64,000 bases of DNA from Schizochytrium sp. TIO01. Its lineage: Eukaryota; Protista; Bigyra: Labyrinthulomycetes. The stretch lies in the NCBI GenBank assembly GCA_004764695.1, contig SMSO01000031.1, positions 3,262,436 to 3,326,435 on the forward strand, written 5' to 3'. This document shows, one piece after another, positions 37,197-51,100 of the stretch; position 1 is the stretch's first letter; every line of letters starts with the position of its first letter. The notes under the pieces were generated by a model that was given only the letters and a program-made list of their open reading frames with translations, was not told the DNA's origin and searched no databases. The position numbers and the translations under genes were made by a program.

Positions 37197-37874
37197 CTAA
37201 GCAAAAATACACCGCTGTACTTTTCCCGCACAAGCTGTGCTCAAAGCTACTGGCTTCGCAGCTGAAGCCATTGCTCTCGTCGCTGTGGTGCCTACTGGAT
37301 ATGAAGCCGCCGTTTCGAAGGTGTTTCTGAGATGCAGCAATAGAAATCGGCGACGAGGACTCGGAAGCGCCTCAGCTCCCATGTTCTGCTGAGAATCTGC
37401 GTCATCGAAACCGCCACGTGTGGGGTGGCCGCATAACAGTATCATCAATTTACAAGGTCATGAACGAAATCAGATGAAATAGAATGCAGATTAATCGGAC
37501 TTGCGTCACGACCGGTTCTATTGACATGATTGTAATCCAGCGTATTTCATCGCTCGCAATTCAAAGGTGGCTGCGGATTGGACCAGAGCGACGGAGATAG
37601 CCTTGGCTCCGCTATTTTCGATGGAGGTTTTCGGGTCACTACTCCCAAGAGGCGCTGTTTTCCCGATAGGACGCTACCGAGCGAGGTACCTGCTTGCTTC
37701 CCAGGGGACGTCATTTCCGCACTTGAAGTTAAAGTTCACGAGACTTATGAATGTATATCCAAAGTTCACGACTCGTGATCTATGCTGTGGATTGATGAGA
37801 TTTCCTGACTCAGGGAATGTACCCTTTCGCTTTTCTTTACTTTTCTTGTAGAATTCACTGCATGCTGACGGCAA
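37197..37874 (-). pseudogene. Decayed RI-type leucine-rich-repeat gene
   Basis: One minus frame with several stops carries LRR-like segments TSIENSGAKAISVALVQSAATFEL, NMGAEAL...FLLLHLRN and VGTTATRAMASA. Confidence 0.4.
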
Positions 37875-40868
37875 CTAAACTCCTCTGCCATTGACTAAGA
37901 CTCCACGCATCGCGCTTCGTCCAACGGGCTGCGTGCCCGCACTGAAAGGGGGTGGCCAAGCGAAGGCGAGCTTTCGGTGCTTGGCAGTCTCGCCGAGCGT
38001 CTCTCTTTCCCGTCTCTGTATGATCCTGAACTTGAAGACGATACTGGTGATCACAACAAGCGAGCAGGTATTCAACTCTTGAAATACAAGTGGATGGAGA
38101 AAGAAACACCCTGAAACACCAAGCGTCCCCGGCCATTCATATGACACATGGGAGGAACTTGAAGGCTGGTAAAAACCATTCGCTCATAAGCTTGCTTAGC
38201 ATCTACTACCACTTCCAGCAAAAATGGAGAGAAGTAAAAGCCGGGTACTCATATAGATTATATATATAAGTAGTACTACATATTTTATTTATTTCATTTC
38301 TATTTTATTTTATTTTATTTTTATATCGAGATATCGTGATAGGTTACGGTATATATAATTATAATAGTAGTGATAGTAATAATAGTATCGGTGAAAATAG
38401 TCGTCATGAAGTCCGGATAAGAGTACCACCATAGCAAATTTTGTTCATTCTGTCTTCCATGGTAGTATGTCGCGACGCTATCAGGGACATTTTACCTCCG
38501 CATGTAGTCTCGCAATAATAATGCGTTCTGCTGCAAGGTAAAAATATAGGACCAATGAGTATCTGATACCATCAAAGTGAGATGGTGCTACTTTGCAATG
38601 AGAAATCACCTTAGCTTTAGCTTCTTCTTATACAAAGCTCATTGCAACGTCGTGAGTCGTGACTGTGTAAATTCGTGTGCCGGGTTTGGCGAATACTACC
38701 CTCTGAAAGTTTGCATGCTGTCTATTGGGTTTCATTGCTGCTTCAGCGATTGGAGTAGCTTGAAGAACCGAGGAAGTGTGCCCAAAGAACCTGTTAGTTC
38801 TTCAAATGACGTTGGCCAGCATTAATTACAAACTCGTGTCATCGCATTGCTGTTGGAAACTCACTCAGCTACTCTGCTTTAGTGGCTAATGAAAACTAAG
38901 CCGGTAGGACTAATAAAAGAAAGACCGTGTATGTATTGCGAATAAAACATTCTCATCCTGGCTCAGAAAGTCGAGCTTCCGCATTACGTTGTTGCATCAG
39001 ACGGCCTCTACGTGACGTTTATCATAAATATGAGACCTCATCAAAGTGACAGACTTTACCCACTTGTCCACTCGATTCTGCTCAATTTTGTTAGTGCAAG
39101 TTGTATTGCGTTGGTCGCTGAGACCATGCTGTAAGATCATGCTCAGAGACACCCATTTTCATTGTAATAAACTCAGACATAGTTTGCTAAAAAGCTTGAA
39201 CGTGTTTCTCTCATTGCCCTTTTCATCGCTACATGTGGCAAACTTTGGTTGGTCTGCAGTACAGCAGGATGTCGCATGAGACATTGACAAGAAGAACCTT
39301 TGTAGAATTATAGTTGTGTCCTTTGTGTCTTGGATTAATGACGGTGCGGCTAAATTCGAGTTGCCCACTGCCGTCATACACTGTTTTGCCTGTAACGCAA
39401 AATCTGGAAGACAAAGTGCACATAACCAGAAAGTCATTGTTGACAAGATGTACCAATTAAATTCAATCCGCAGTGTACCGAAGACAGTCAAGAACTCTGC
39501 AAGTAAGACTTTCAGACAAGAAACAAAGAAAACAATTATAGACATGATGTTACCTAGTGTGACAAAAAATATACGTTGAGTGGCGAGCGCGAATAGCCCT
39601 ACAGAACTGACCAACAGGAGAGGTCGGAAATGTTAGGTATAGGTCTTTGTGAATAATACAAGCTTCGATTAAGAATAACAAACGAAGCCTGAATGACATG
39701 TCTCGTTGCTCCGAAAACCGCTAGTTATAAAGATAGATCATTTACCTGAAGATAATAATATCTTTAACGCAGATTATTCACAAATTACTTTACACCTTTT
39801 CACTCTTATCATGCGATTAAAACTTCATGTTTGGAGCGACTTCGACTTTGTTTAGTTGACATATTATTTTCATGAGATGCTGGATCTTGTTGTTGGTGGT
39901 GAGGGGTCTCTTTAAAATAAATAAAAATCTGGATTAAAACCACGAATTATATGAAGCACAAGTTTTGGCTTTGTGCTTCTCATTATTGCAAAATACAGTA
40001 TGCAACGCATCAGTAGATCGCTATAAATGTTGGTTTCTATGAGGCATTTCGTAGATTTATCCTCGTGTTGTTCTCTCCCTCATCAGTTGTTGTCCTATCC
40101 TCTTAAGTGGCATTTAAGATTTAAAAAAATATAAAGTATACAATATAGGAACCGATTCTAAACGAGCATAGGTCTCGTTGAGTGCACGGTATAAGGTTAT
40201 TCAGATTCTGAGATTTCAAAGTTAAAAGTACTTTGAGCAACTATGGAAGTGATTAAGCATCTTTGATCGCTATTTTTTGTCCCTATTAAAAAAATATACA
40301 CATATTACAACCAAACAAGCTTCTACAGGTATTCCCATTATCAACATTAAGCAAAAAAAAGATAATATAGTAACAGAAAGCTGGACCAGGCTAGTATCCA
40401 ACTTACAGTGCTCCCTTTTCCAGTTTCGATATCTCTCCATCACTCATTAAGCAACAAAATTTCTTCATACAAGACAAATTTTCGTCCCTGATGGGGTCTT
40501 TGCTTTGTTGAAGCTATGGATTCTTATTTCCTTGTCATGGTCCAGAATGTAGTAGTCCAGCAAACCGTGCGGCCTTTCCCTCAACTCAGAATTCGTAAGT
40601 CACATTATTCATTTCGTTTCGTCATTATTATTATTATTATTAAAAAACTAAAAATTAAAAAGGGTCACGTATTAAAATAAAATATTAAAAAAAAAACTTT
40701 AAATGTGTTATTATTTAAACTAAATTTACATAGGAAAATAAGACAGGTCCTTCACAAAGTACAATCCTTCGATGTTCACAGTTTGGTGAAAGTCGTAGTA
40801 TCGCTACCTGATAATACTCCAGGTGTTTAACTTTATCTTATATATATATATATGTATATATAGCAAGC

Positions 40869-40885
40869 TTCTTTCTTTCTTTCCT

Positions 40886-40929
<44 letters not shown>

Positions 40930-40950
40930 TCATTTCTTTTCTTTTCTTTT
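40869..40950. repeat. (TTTC)n microsatellite adjacent to (TA)n
   Basis: Imperfect TTTC run; source of the KKER-repeat ORFs. Confidence 0.9.
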
Positions 40951-41068
40951 TGAGCTCCGCTAGATTTTTGTTCCTGCTCATCGTAATTCTTCGGCCACGG
41001 CGGCTCTTCTCCAGGAATTGAATCAATCGATCGACCAATCGAATTCGGTGCAACCGTATTACTCAAGA

Positions 41069-41300
41069 GCGTGGAAACTATGTAAAGAAGAAGACCTCGA
41101 GGCGGTCGAAAGAAGTATCAGCGGAGGTCATCGGAACACGGTTCGTCTTTTTCTGCACGCGATGGCTTCGACGACTTCTTCTCCGTAATCAGGAAATCAA
41201 TCAATTCCCTTCAAGTTCTAACGTTTTTCTTTCTGTCAGAATCAGCTGATTGACCTGCTCGATTTGCCCGAACTTGATCTACCGTGATTTTGCCTTCGTG
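41069..41300 (+). pseudogene. Possible ankyrin remnant
   Basis: AWKLCKEEDLEAVERSISGGHRNTVRLFLHA (stop at 41188), followed later by LIDLLDLPELDL. Confidence 0.3.
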
Positions 41301-43396
41301 AGGTGACTGTACTATTAATAGTTATATAACATAAACCGTACTATAGAAAATATTTTCTCCACATGGTCTCAGTGAATGTCCTCACAATGTTGTTTCTAAC
41401 TTACACCATGCCCCCTTGTTGGAGAGCCCACACTATATTATAATACCTTGAGACTTAAGCTTTCAGGGTGCGAGTCAAGTATTTTTAACAAGCTACAGCT
41501 TGTGGGCATGAGTGGAGATTGTAAAGTGTCTTGTGGAAAGCCCCAGTGGAGAGGGCCTCTTTTCTTTTGCGGGGTCTGGTTTCGGAAAAATAAGCATCGA
41601 GAAAGATCAGCCAGAGGACAGAGGAGTAAAAGAAAGAAGCAGTGTTTCGAAGATGGATTTAGTTGACGGATTGATTGATTAATTAATCCATCGATTGTCC
41701 GTAAAACGAGCATGCCTGGACAAGGAAAGTCCCTACACCCTCCTTTCTGCTCTCATTTCGACTCAAATTTATTTACAACCCCATTCTCCTGAAAATCTGT
41801 CTAATTTCCACAAACTTGCTTCTCAACGACCTTCGCAAAATGTGGTATATTTTGTAATCAATTTATTTATACATGCATAAAATGTGGCTCCTGCTATCTG
41901 ATGAGATTCGAGAACTGAGATACTGTGTAAAAGCCAGCATAGTTCTGCAGTTCATTCCCAGGCAGCGGATCACAGGCTCTTGCTCGACGGGTTCTCTGCC
42001 AGCTTTTTCTAAACGCTCCGGCCATTGCGTTTCTTGGGTCATCTCGGTGTCTATTGCCGGGAAATAAGAAGGATTCTCTTAGGTCCGCGGCCTTCTCTTC
42101 TCTTCTCTTTATTTTAAATGTTTTTCTAAATTTTAAACAAAAAGAAACGAAAAAAGCGTTAGTATTTAAGAATAAGAATAACTATTGTTATCAAATGTAC
42201 AGTGTTATATTTACTTTCATAAATAATAATAAAGGACAAGGTAGTCAACTTCTATTCTTCGAACTTGGATCTCTTTCTCTTCAGCTCCTCTTGTTTCTCT
42301 GCCCCATCAACCAATCGCGATAGTGTCGCGCATACACAGGGCCTCCTCTCCGCCCCTCAGGTCCAGGGAAACAAAGGGAAAGAAGGAAAGAAAGAAGGAA
42401 AAGGAGGTTTCCTCTGCCTTCCTTTGCTTTCTTTCTCTGTTTCTCTGCGGACGCTCACTTCTTTCATCCCGAGATGCTTTCTCCGTCCTCTTTCTTTCTT
42501 ACTTATCTCGTACCTACTGCAGGGAGGCTTTTACTATCTAATATCTCTTTCTTTCTTTCAGTAACTCTTCTCTCTTGAAACCTTATTTTGTAAAAATGTT
42601 TTAGCTTTGCACAGTCATGATGGCTTATTCTATTCTTTACTCCTTATTTTTTTGTTTAAAAAAGAGAAGTTATAATAATAATAATATTATTATTATTATT
42701 AACAAAAAAATATTAAAAAACACTAAAAGCGCTACTTCTTGAAAACCTGTTTCTAAAACTCTGTGGCTCCAGCCTGCTCTGGTTGTACTGATAGGCTTGG
42801 GCAAATCCTGGTTTTGTCGCTGACCGTGGCGCGCTGATCTCTATACCTATTCCACATTCCCTTCTAGGTGGAAAGCTTTCGCGAAAGGGTTCTTCAATTG
42901 AGTTGTTTCACTGCAAGTTGCAGTGCTTTTTCGTTGAGGCTGCTAACTACTACTGTACTTTTGTGGGTCAAAAGTGCTGGCGAAAAGGCGCACAGAGGGG
43001 GGTAGGGTGGGATTATCCGCATATAAAGCCCCCACTCGAAAGGCCAGCAAAGCTGCGCTCAGCCTGCTGAAAAGTTTGGGGGCAGTCCAGTCTCGCAGGA
43101 TGTCCCCGCTGCTGAGTGTGCACTGAAGTCTCGTGAAGATAATACATCGAAGGCCCCTCCTTCCTTCCTATTGAGCGTCTCCTGATGCACTTTATAGAGA
43201 AATGAAAAGAAAAGAAAAGAAAGAAATCAGCAGAGTGAGTTAAAAAATATTCGCGTTTCGTTGCGGATTACATGGGCGGCAAAATGTCTGTCGGGAAAGC
43301 TGCAAACTCGAGGACGAATTTGATAAATGCTACCTTCGGCCAGTAGGTCAGTTAGATCGAATTGTGAAAGTAACACCTCGCTCTGCATAGGTGCGG

Positions 43397-43864
43397 AATG
43401 AGGTCAAGGTTTGCCTGCACATGCACATTTGTCTCTTTAATATTGAGAAAGCTAGACACGCTAAATTTATTCGCCGAATGCTCGAAACGAATGAAAACCT
43501 TTGAACATTGAATCACATTGAAAAGAGCTTCACAGGCAGGAGTAGATGAATCCCTATAGCACATACGAAAGAGCCCTTTGTCGACGAGGTCGAGAACTTT
43601 AGAAATTCTCTGAACGTGAACAGAAGGCCTTTCTTGCATTTTGAACTAGAGTTTTCAACAAAGACACGCTTCTATATAAAGTTACCTTTACAAGCCTTAA
43701 ATTCAATTACATCTCCCCAAGATCTCACATTCATTGCTCGGGCCTGTGATATAAAAACAATGGAGCTGGCTAGCCGTTGGTTCGCCTTGACCATTGATCA
43801 AGCTATAGCAAAAGTTGCTGATTGGCATCATCTTCGTTGTTGTTCGGCAAGACGATTTTTGTAG
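43397..43864 (+). pseudogene. Decayed gene with an RI-type LRR remnant
   Basis: One frame with two internal TGA: AKFIRRMLETNENL*TLNHIEKSF resembles the A..I..ML..N..LR.LNL consensus, then continues into the 43616-43864 ORF. Confidence 0.35.
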
Positions 43865-46215
43865 GTTGTTTGTACTGATCAACGCCCTCTGTTATACATG
43901 GGTTGCTTCGGGGTGGTAGCAACGAATGACAGCTGCTAAATACGCTGATTTTGGATATCTTAAGCGCTAAGATTGGCGATTTTATTCTACTACTAGAAGA
44001 ACCTACTTGAAGCTTACTCTCGCACACGTGCAAGACCGTCACAGAGATTCAAAAGAGTGACGATATTGTCATCTTCTTCTTTACAAAAACAAACTACCGA
44101 CCATGACCAACAATGTCATGCACATTGATCAGCCAGTCAGTCAGTCGATTGGCTGCGTATTAAAACCAATCTCGAAGAGCCCACGGCCCCGATTCCGAGG
44201 CCTTGCAGCACGAGAGCTAGCTTGCTCAGCTTGAGTTGACCCCATCCAAGTCGAACTCGAGGTCAGCTTTTATCCAAAGCAACCGCACGTTTTCCTGGCC
44301 AGCAGCATGTCTCAACAGATTCTTGATTGTAATATTCGCAACTTCGACGTATGTGAGAAGATGACTAAAACACCCAACAAACAAACAAACTTGAGGCTCG
44401 CGTGGTCTGCGATGTATCCACTGACTTCGGTCGAGCTTGCGGGAGGAATGATTCCTGGCTCATCCGGCCTTCGAGTCGATGCAGGAGCCGGGGACTCTGC
44501 AATCAAACGATGCTCGCGGCGCGCGAACTTGCATTGCCTCTCGCGCAGTTAGATCTACACATCTGGCTGCGAAGCAAAACTTGCGCAATCGCAGCTCCAT
44601 TTCAGCATGTTTTTCAACACATAAAAACATTAAAATATAATATAACAATCCAATGCTATTTGGTTCACCTCTTTTCACTTTTGTTTTGCTTTTTTTGTTT
44701 ATCGACGATGCTGTCTTCGAATATACTATGTTTTAAAGACCCCTTCTCCGCAATTACTCATCTAACGCACAGCAAGACTGAGTAAAACATAATAGCGCAT
44801 CGATTAGTGGGCAATAAATCGATAAGAAGAAGCGCACAGGTAGCGTCCGCGGCCGCTCATGCTCTCAATTGATGGATTGAGGCGTGGAAACCAAACAAAG
44901 ACTCGGCTCTCGTTCGGGGTTCAGGCTGCCTGAGCGAGCGGCGACTTGCTAATTCTCCGTGCCACGCGGCGTGAAGGCTGCTCGTTCCTGAGCTTATTCA
45001 CTCAATCGATCGATTGATCGATTGATGACTCTCATCCATCGAAAGTCCAGTGTTGCAAACGAACTTTACTTTAATACGAAATCTTTTCCCACTCTTCTTT
45101 CCACTTTTTCAGTTTTCAATTAGAAAACTACTGCAACTTTTATTGATTCATAAGCAAAATAAACTAAACTTTTTTCCCATTCATCCATCCATCCCCCCCC
45201 CCCCTGGAAACCTACTTCTTTTCTTTTCTCTGTTTTAAAATAAAATGAAAAGACTCGAAACAAGCAAGCGAATAAAGTAAAATAAAACAGGTTATTCATA
45301 CAATCGTGGGAAAAGTGACTGACCTCCTGTCCTGCCCTCCTCTGTCCATGACGGCACAATGCCACGCTGCATAAACCCCGTTCCCTTCGACGAATGAGCC
45401 CTCTTCGCGACTGTTCTTAGCCGTGAGCGGTGGCCTCCGAGCCGAATATGGTGCATGAATGCTCTTTCCACGCCACTTATTATCATCATCATCATTATTA
45501 GGTGTGCGTGTGTCTGTCTCCCTTTCTTTGCCAATCTCTCGTTTTCATTTCACGGTTCTTTCGCCCGGCCCTCGTGAGAGACAGCCTTCCTATGTCTCCT
45601 CCAGAGCCCCTCTGACTGTTTGCGCTTGTCTGAGAGGGGGAAATGGATACTTTAGATTTGAAGGCGATGTTGTATACAGTATATTAATATATTATTTAGA
45701 AGAAAAACAAATTAATAAATTAATGAGGGGTAAAAAGGGTGAGGTGGGAATAAGCGCAGCAAAGCTGCTCTTGGTATGGAATGAGAGGAAGAGCGGAGAA
45801 AGAAGATTATTTTCAAGTTAAAAAATAAAAATGAATTAAAACATTGACTTCTGATCTTTTATCTGAACCTAAAAGGAGTTGGAAAGTAAAAGATGGTGGG
45901 ATTATGGACAATTAGTGGAAAACGGGTAGGAGTAAACTAGCAGGCGATGTGGTAGGTAAAAGGGCTTTGAGCAGGACGGAGGAGGAGAAGGACCTGAGGC
46001 GCTCGTGAAGCAAACCCCAAACGCAAAGCGTTTTCAAAGACCTCGAGCTTCAAGCTCTCAAGCAACACCAGCAGCGATCTCAAAGCACCTCCAGCAAACC
46101 CACAACATCAGCGTCAGCAGCAACAGCAGCAGCAGCAGCAAGTACAAGCAAGTTCAAAAGCAAGACTAGGTAGTCTTTCGGACAAGTCGAAAAGACAACA
46201 ACAACAACAAGAACA

Positions 46216-46842
46216 ATGCGCGGTGACAGTATCTTCGAGTCTCAAATTGCGGCCGATGCCATCCAGAACCTCACTCCGGAGGAGCGTAAGAAGAATGTCG
46301 AGTGGATCTCCCTTAAGGCCGGTATGAAGGTCTTCGCCATTACCGGCGCCATCTCCACCCCTACCGTGCTTGGCCTCCTCAAGTACAGCCCGTGGTTCCG
46401 CAAGTCCACTGGTACTTCTGGACGTGTCGCCACTGCCTTCATCCCGCCCCTCTTCGCCTTTGCCCTCGTCTCTGAGCAGACTGCCTCTCGTCTTGCTCAC
46501 CCCGAGGCTTACGAGTCCTACATTAACAACAACCCCACTGCCACCAAGCCCCTCCACGAGCGTCTCTCCAGTATGATCGACACCAACCCTGCCGGATTCC
46601 TTGCTGCCGTCGGTATCCCCGTTGTTGCAGGTATCTTCGTCTTGAACGGCCGCGACACCTCACTCACTCTCTCCCAGCGTATTATGCACACTCGTGTCAT
46701 GGGCCAGGCCTCCGTTCTCGCCATCCTCTCCGGAGTTGCCATCTACCACGCCTTCACTGATGCGCCCCCACAAGCACTAAGTCAGTCGTCAGGTCCAGGT
46801 TTTCCTCCTGAGTTTAGCAAGGAACGTGGCGTGTGTTGGTAG
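46216..46842 (+). CDS. Rcf2-like HIG1-domain mitochondrial inner-membrane protein (true stop may be 46780)
   Basis: HIG1 motif LSQRIMHTRVMGQASVLAIL, preceded by NPAGFLAAVGIPVVAGIF. N-terminal TM pair ...LLKYSPWFRK...ATAFIPPLFAF. Very strong codon bias. Confidence 0.85.
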   Translation: MRGDSIFESQIAADAIQNLTPEERKKNVEWISLKAGMKVFAITGAISTPTVLGLLKYSPWFRKSTGTSGRVATAFIPPLFAFALVSEQTASRLAHPEAYESYINNNPTATKPLHERLSSMIDTNPAGFLAAVGIPVVAGIFVLNGRDTSLTLSQRIMHTRVMGQASVLAILSGVAIYHAFTDAPPQALSQSSGPGFPPEFSKERGVCW

Positions 46843-48118
46843 GCTCGTATTTGATCAACGGCCAGCTCGAGACTTACAAAAGAGTCCCAGACCCCACCGA
46901 AGGTTGCTTTCTGCTGTACAATTCCCGCCAAGTGTTTAATGATCTCTTTCTCGTCACACATCTGACAATCAATCAATCAAACCAAACAAACAAAGAATAG
47001 TGTGGATCCTCTCCTGAGAACCGCATCGATTACTAGAAACCATAATTACAAAATAAAAATAAAAATCACATTTATCCAACATTTCAATTCCACTTTTCTC
47101 CTTTATACTGGCAACAGCATAGCCTTCCTGAGTGCATCCACTTTAAAGCAAGGATATTCATGCTTTTAAACAATACCTCAGGTTAGGTTAGATCTGATTT
47201 CACAAACTGCGATTGTGGATTTGCACGCAACTACATACCTCAAGCGCGTCAGAACGACGTTTAACTGCTTTAATTCTTTTTCTCTGATTTTGACTCCGAG
47301 GTCTTGCAGGACCGCTACGAAATGACGCCTGCAAAACAATTGAGACAGAGTTTGGTGATAGTCCAAATTAACATGTACATTGTGACCAGACTGAACATCC
47401 TGAACGATGGTCTCTTCAAATCCAATGCCCTTTTTATGGAATCAAATTTGACCTTAGTTAGTGACGCCCTTCTCATTGTTGAGGAGCCTCCATGACCTTC
47501 AGCTCAGGAAATCTCGGCAGTAGTATGGTTTAATTTCAACATCAAGTCAACCAAATGTTCTAGTCTAACCCCATTGTCAAATTTGCTTCTTTAGCTAAAT
47601 TTCCCGAGATTATCTATCCTGTACTTCTTTCCTTACTCACTTACTTGCTTGGTTGTTGTTTCTATGATTGCATACACGGTTAATTCCCTTGCAAATAGCC
47701 GAAACATTTAGTACTTCTACATGTTGTTTTTATTAAGGAATTATTAGTCGGAATTTTCATCCGGTGAGAGGGATAGAGGACAACATCGCATTTTGCACAA
47801 AGTTTAAACCATGCAAAGCATTTTCGCCTTACACTATTATAGTTTTCGAACTGTGCATAAACGTTCCCCTCAAAGCGAAATAAAAAGCAGCATTAAAATT
47901 TATGCATAATGTGTTCTCTTTCAAATGAGAAAACTGAATCACAAATAATAACATACCTTAAGATTGATTCAAATCTCTATCTCTAACCTATAGCAGATAG
48001 TGTCAGGATAGATAACTAACAGTTGAGAATGGAAAACATTATGCTTTGACAGATTACAGATAGAATCTAGGGTACATTTACGCAAAGCCATGGAGAAAGA
48101 TCAGCCATTCGTTGCTCT

Positions 48119-51100
48119 CTAGTCCTCCTGAGTTTCATCTTCTGGTATAGAGTTATCATTAGTATTCAAGCTCTCTTCTCGTACATCATCGGAAAGCTCT
48201 GCCAAGTTCTTGCTTGACTTGCCGCCTACTATACCACGCTCGATAAGGATCTCATCTAATTTCTCCTTGACATCTTGCAGCTTCCAATAGTTAAATTGAA
48301 GGCCTTGTGCAATGCAAACGGTTGCGAAGCCCTCCTTCGTAATATTGTCACTGTCATCATCATCATCTTCATTATCATTAACTTTGTTCCAAAGGTCCAT
48401 TACACCTTCTTCATCAAGTGGTTCCATAAGCTGACAGTGAGTAAGAAGCTCAGTAAACTCCTCCAGACTCAACACACCATTATTGTCAAGGTCATATTTT
48501 GAAAATAGGTGCATGAGCATGCAACGGTCTACGTGAAGCTTTTCTAAAAATATATTGAGTAAAATGTCCATTGCAGCATCGACGTTGCAATACAAAACGC
48601 TACCATTCTCTTTCAAAGCAGACACCTCACTCGCGGGCTTGGCAATAGCTTCAAGCTGCGCCGTAAGACTTTGTCGGATAGCACTTGGCATTGTCCAGCT
48701 TCTCTTTACTTCTCCTCCGGGCCCTGCGCTACTGATGAAAACTGTGCCACGATGCGCATTACCGGGTGAGGCTGCCACAGAGTTCTTTTTACCTTTTCCT
48801 TTCCCTGGCGAATTCAACTTCTTGGGCACAGTCGCATCGCGCTGCTGCACAAGTACTTCCGTATTGAGGACTGGTGGAGCAGTTGATGTTCGCTTGGAGA
48901 AATTGTCTAACCTCTCGGCTGCCAAAAATACTGAATTTATAGCACTAAGTACAGCACTCAATGGTTGAAAAGCGTTGCCCTCCCCTTTCGATAAAAGCAC
49001 ATGTGTTGAATCAGAGTTTCCATTGCTTAATTGAGCAAGAAACTCTGCAAGAACATCCCCGACAACTGGGGAATACATTGACTCCCGCAACACTCCGCAC
49101 GCAATGCCGAACACCTCTGCTCGCTTAGATTGAGCTGCATGCTGCCTTAAAGTCTTTACTAACCCATGCGTGTACTCCCGGGCAAGTTTGCGCAAGCCAT
49201 ATTTTTGTGTAAAGTAGTCCATAACAACATTACATAAGGGTTTGCGCTCACCGCGCTGCCTGAAGTCCTGGTCTAAGAGAACTTTAGCAGAATAAACATC
49301 ACTGATTACTGTGTCAATATTTACATCCCGTCCTTGTTTCTTCTTTGAGGCCCGCAGAAATTTTGTCCAAGGATGAGGTTTAGAAGAGAACATTGCTTTG
49401 GCATCACCAGAGCCAGATTTGGAGGAGGAAATGCTAATCTTGACACTATATTGGGAGTCCTTACTTGCTTGTATATATCGCTCTGCATGCTTGATGGAAA
49501 GCTTCTCAAGCATTGCGTTTGGCTGCCCTGTCTCAAATAGCTCTCTGAGTCTAGCTTCTAGAGAGTTTTCACTCCGAACTGTGATCCTGCCAGCGTCTCC
49601 ATCAGGCCCAACACCAACATCAACGGTTGGAGCATGACCACGAAGATGAACTAAACCGCCATCGAGATGAATCGAAACATAAGGCAGACGCCCTGTTTGT
49701 GGGGCTGAAATGCTCTTTTCTCTAAATGATGAATTCCTTTCTAAACCAGGAGCTACTTGATTCGGCATTCCTCCATTTTTTAGATACTCTTGCGTTGCCT
49801 CTTCAAATTGGGTTAAATTAGACTGTCCATTCATACCAGCTACATTAGAGGCCTGAAGAATTTGCAATAGCAATCTCATGCGACCATCAATTGCCATGTT
49901 GTCTAACACTGTGCCCATTAAACTTGTATCGTCCCCTGACAGCTCAAGCATCAGGTCCCCTTCTAGTAGAAACTCTTTCAGCATGTTTAATCTTCCTTGG
50001 CCCGAGCTTCCATGTAGAAGCGATTCTAATAAAGCCTGTTTAGTCAAGGCTTTAAGTTGAGAAACGAGATACGCTAAATCATTTCGGTCCATCTTGCCTA
50101 CACGTAAACCCAGATCTACTGCACTCAAAGTCTCGAGCACTCGGTCCCGAAGGCGAGGGTCAAGTGCCGCGTTGAGGCCCAACAAATCATCCTCATCTGG
50201 GTTATGTGGCGCTTCTGCCGGAGACCAGGACCACATACCATCATCTTCATCTAGATGGGCATTTTCGTCGTCTTTATCCTTGGCATCATTGTCTGAGTCC
50301 TCAAGAAGTTTTTGTGATGATCCTTGCTGAGATCTCAAAAGACTCATCATGTATGCTTGGTCACGAGACTTTTGCTCCATTTGATTCATCAACTTCTTCA
50401 TTTCGAGTTCTTGCTGTAGCTGCATGACTCGAAGTCGCTGAGCATAGCCCTGTGCAAGTCGACTGTGATCAGCTGCTACTGACTGTTCAAGCTCTCGGCA
50501 GAAGGCTTTAATGCGTTCAAGGTGCGAAGCCCAAACCAGGTCAAGATATCGGGCTCGTAGTGTTAGCTGGTCGAATATTTTTCGCACATCTTTGTCAAAT
50601 TGAATCTCTCCAAGCGCACCTCGCATAAGTTTGAGTTCGTCTTTTAGTTTTGCAACTTGTTTACGAAACTCTTCATGGTCATGGTGCAAATCCAGTGATG
50701 GTCCGCCAGTAAGCATTTGATGTTCATCAAGGACTTTTACAGAAAGGGGAGTGCTTGCAAGCACGTCGCACGACTTGCTTTCGGCTAAAAATCGAGTTGC
50801 AGGGCCAGTATCCCGCAAAGCTTTAATACGTTCTTCTCGCGCACCCACTGTCCGAATCTCATGTAATAAGTTCTGGGTGCATTCGACTTGAGCACGATAG
50901 TCTCCAACAAGTTCTAGCCTTTGTTGTTGAACTGACTGTGGTCTCTCACCCAGTGCTTGCAGACGCCTTGGAACTCGCGTCGGTGCAAGCTGCTCAAGTT
51001 GAGAGCGAATAAATAAGTCCTTGCTTTGACCATCTCGGGAACCAACATCCTCACGATGGCGTACCCTATCCCGTCGCCTCCTTGTGGTCGCCATTCTCGT

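Noticed and set aside
39159-39614. 151-aa hydrophobic ORF vaguely like an ion-channel S6 segment
   Set aside because: Non-ATG start, no convincing pore motif, and no supporting neighbouring exons
40833-41066. KKER-repeat ORFs
   Set aside because: They derive from the (TTTC)n and (TA)n microsatellites
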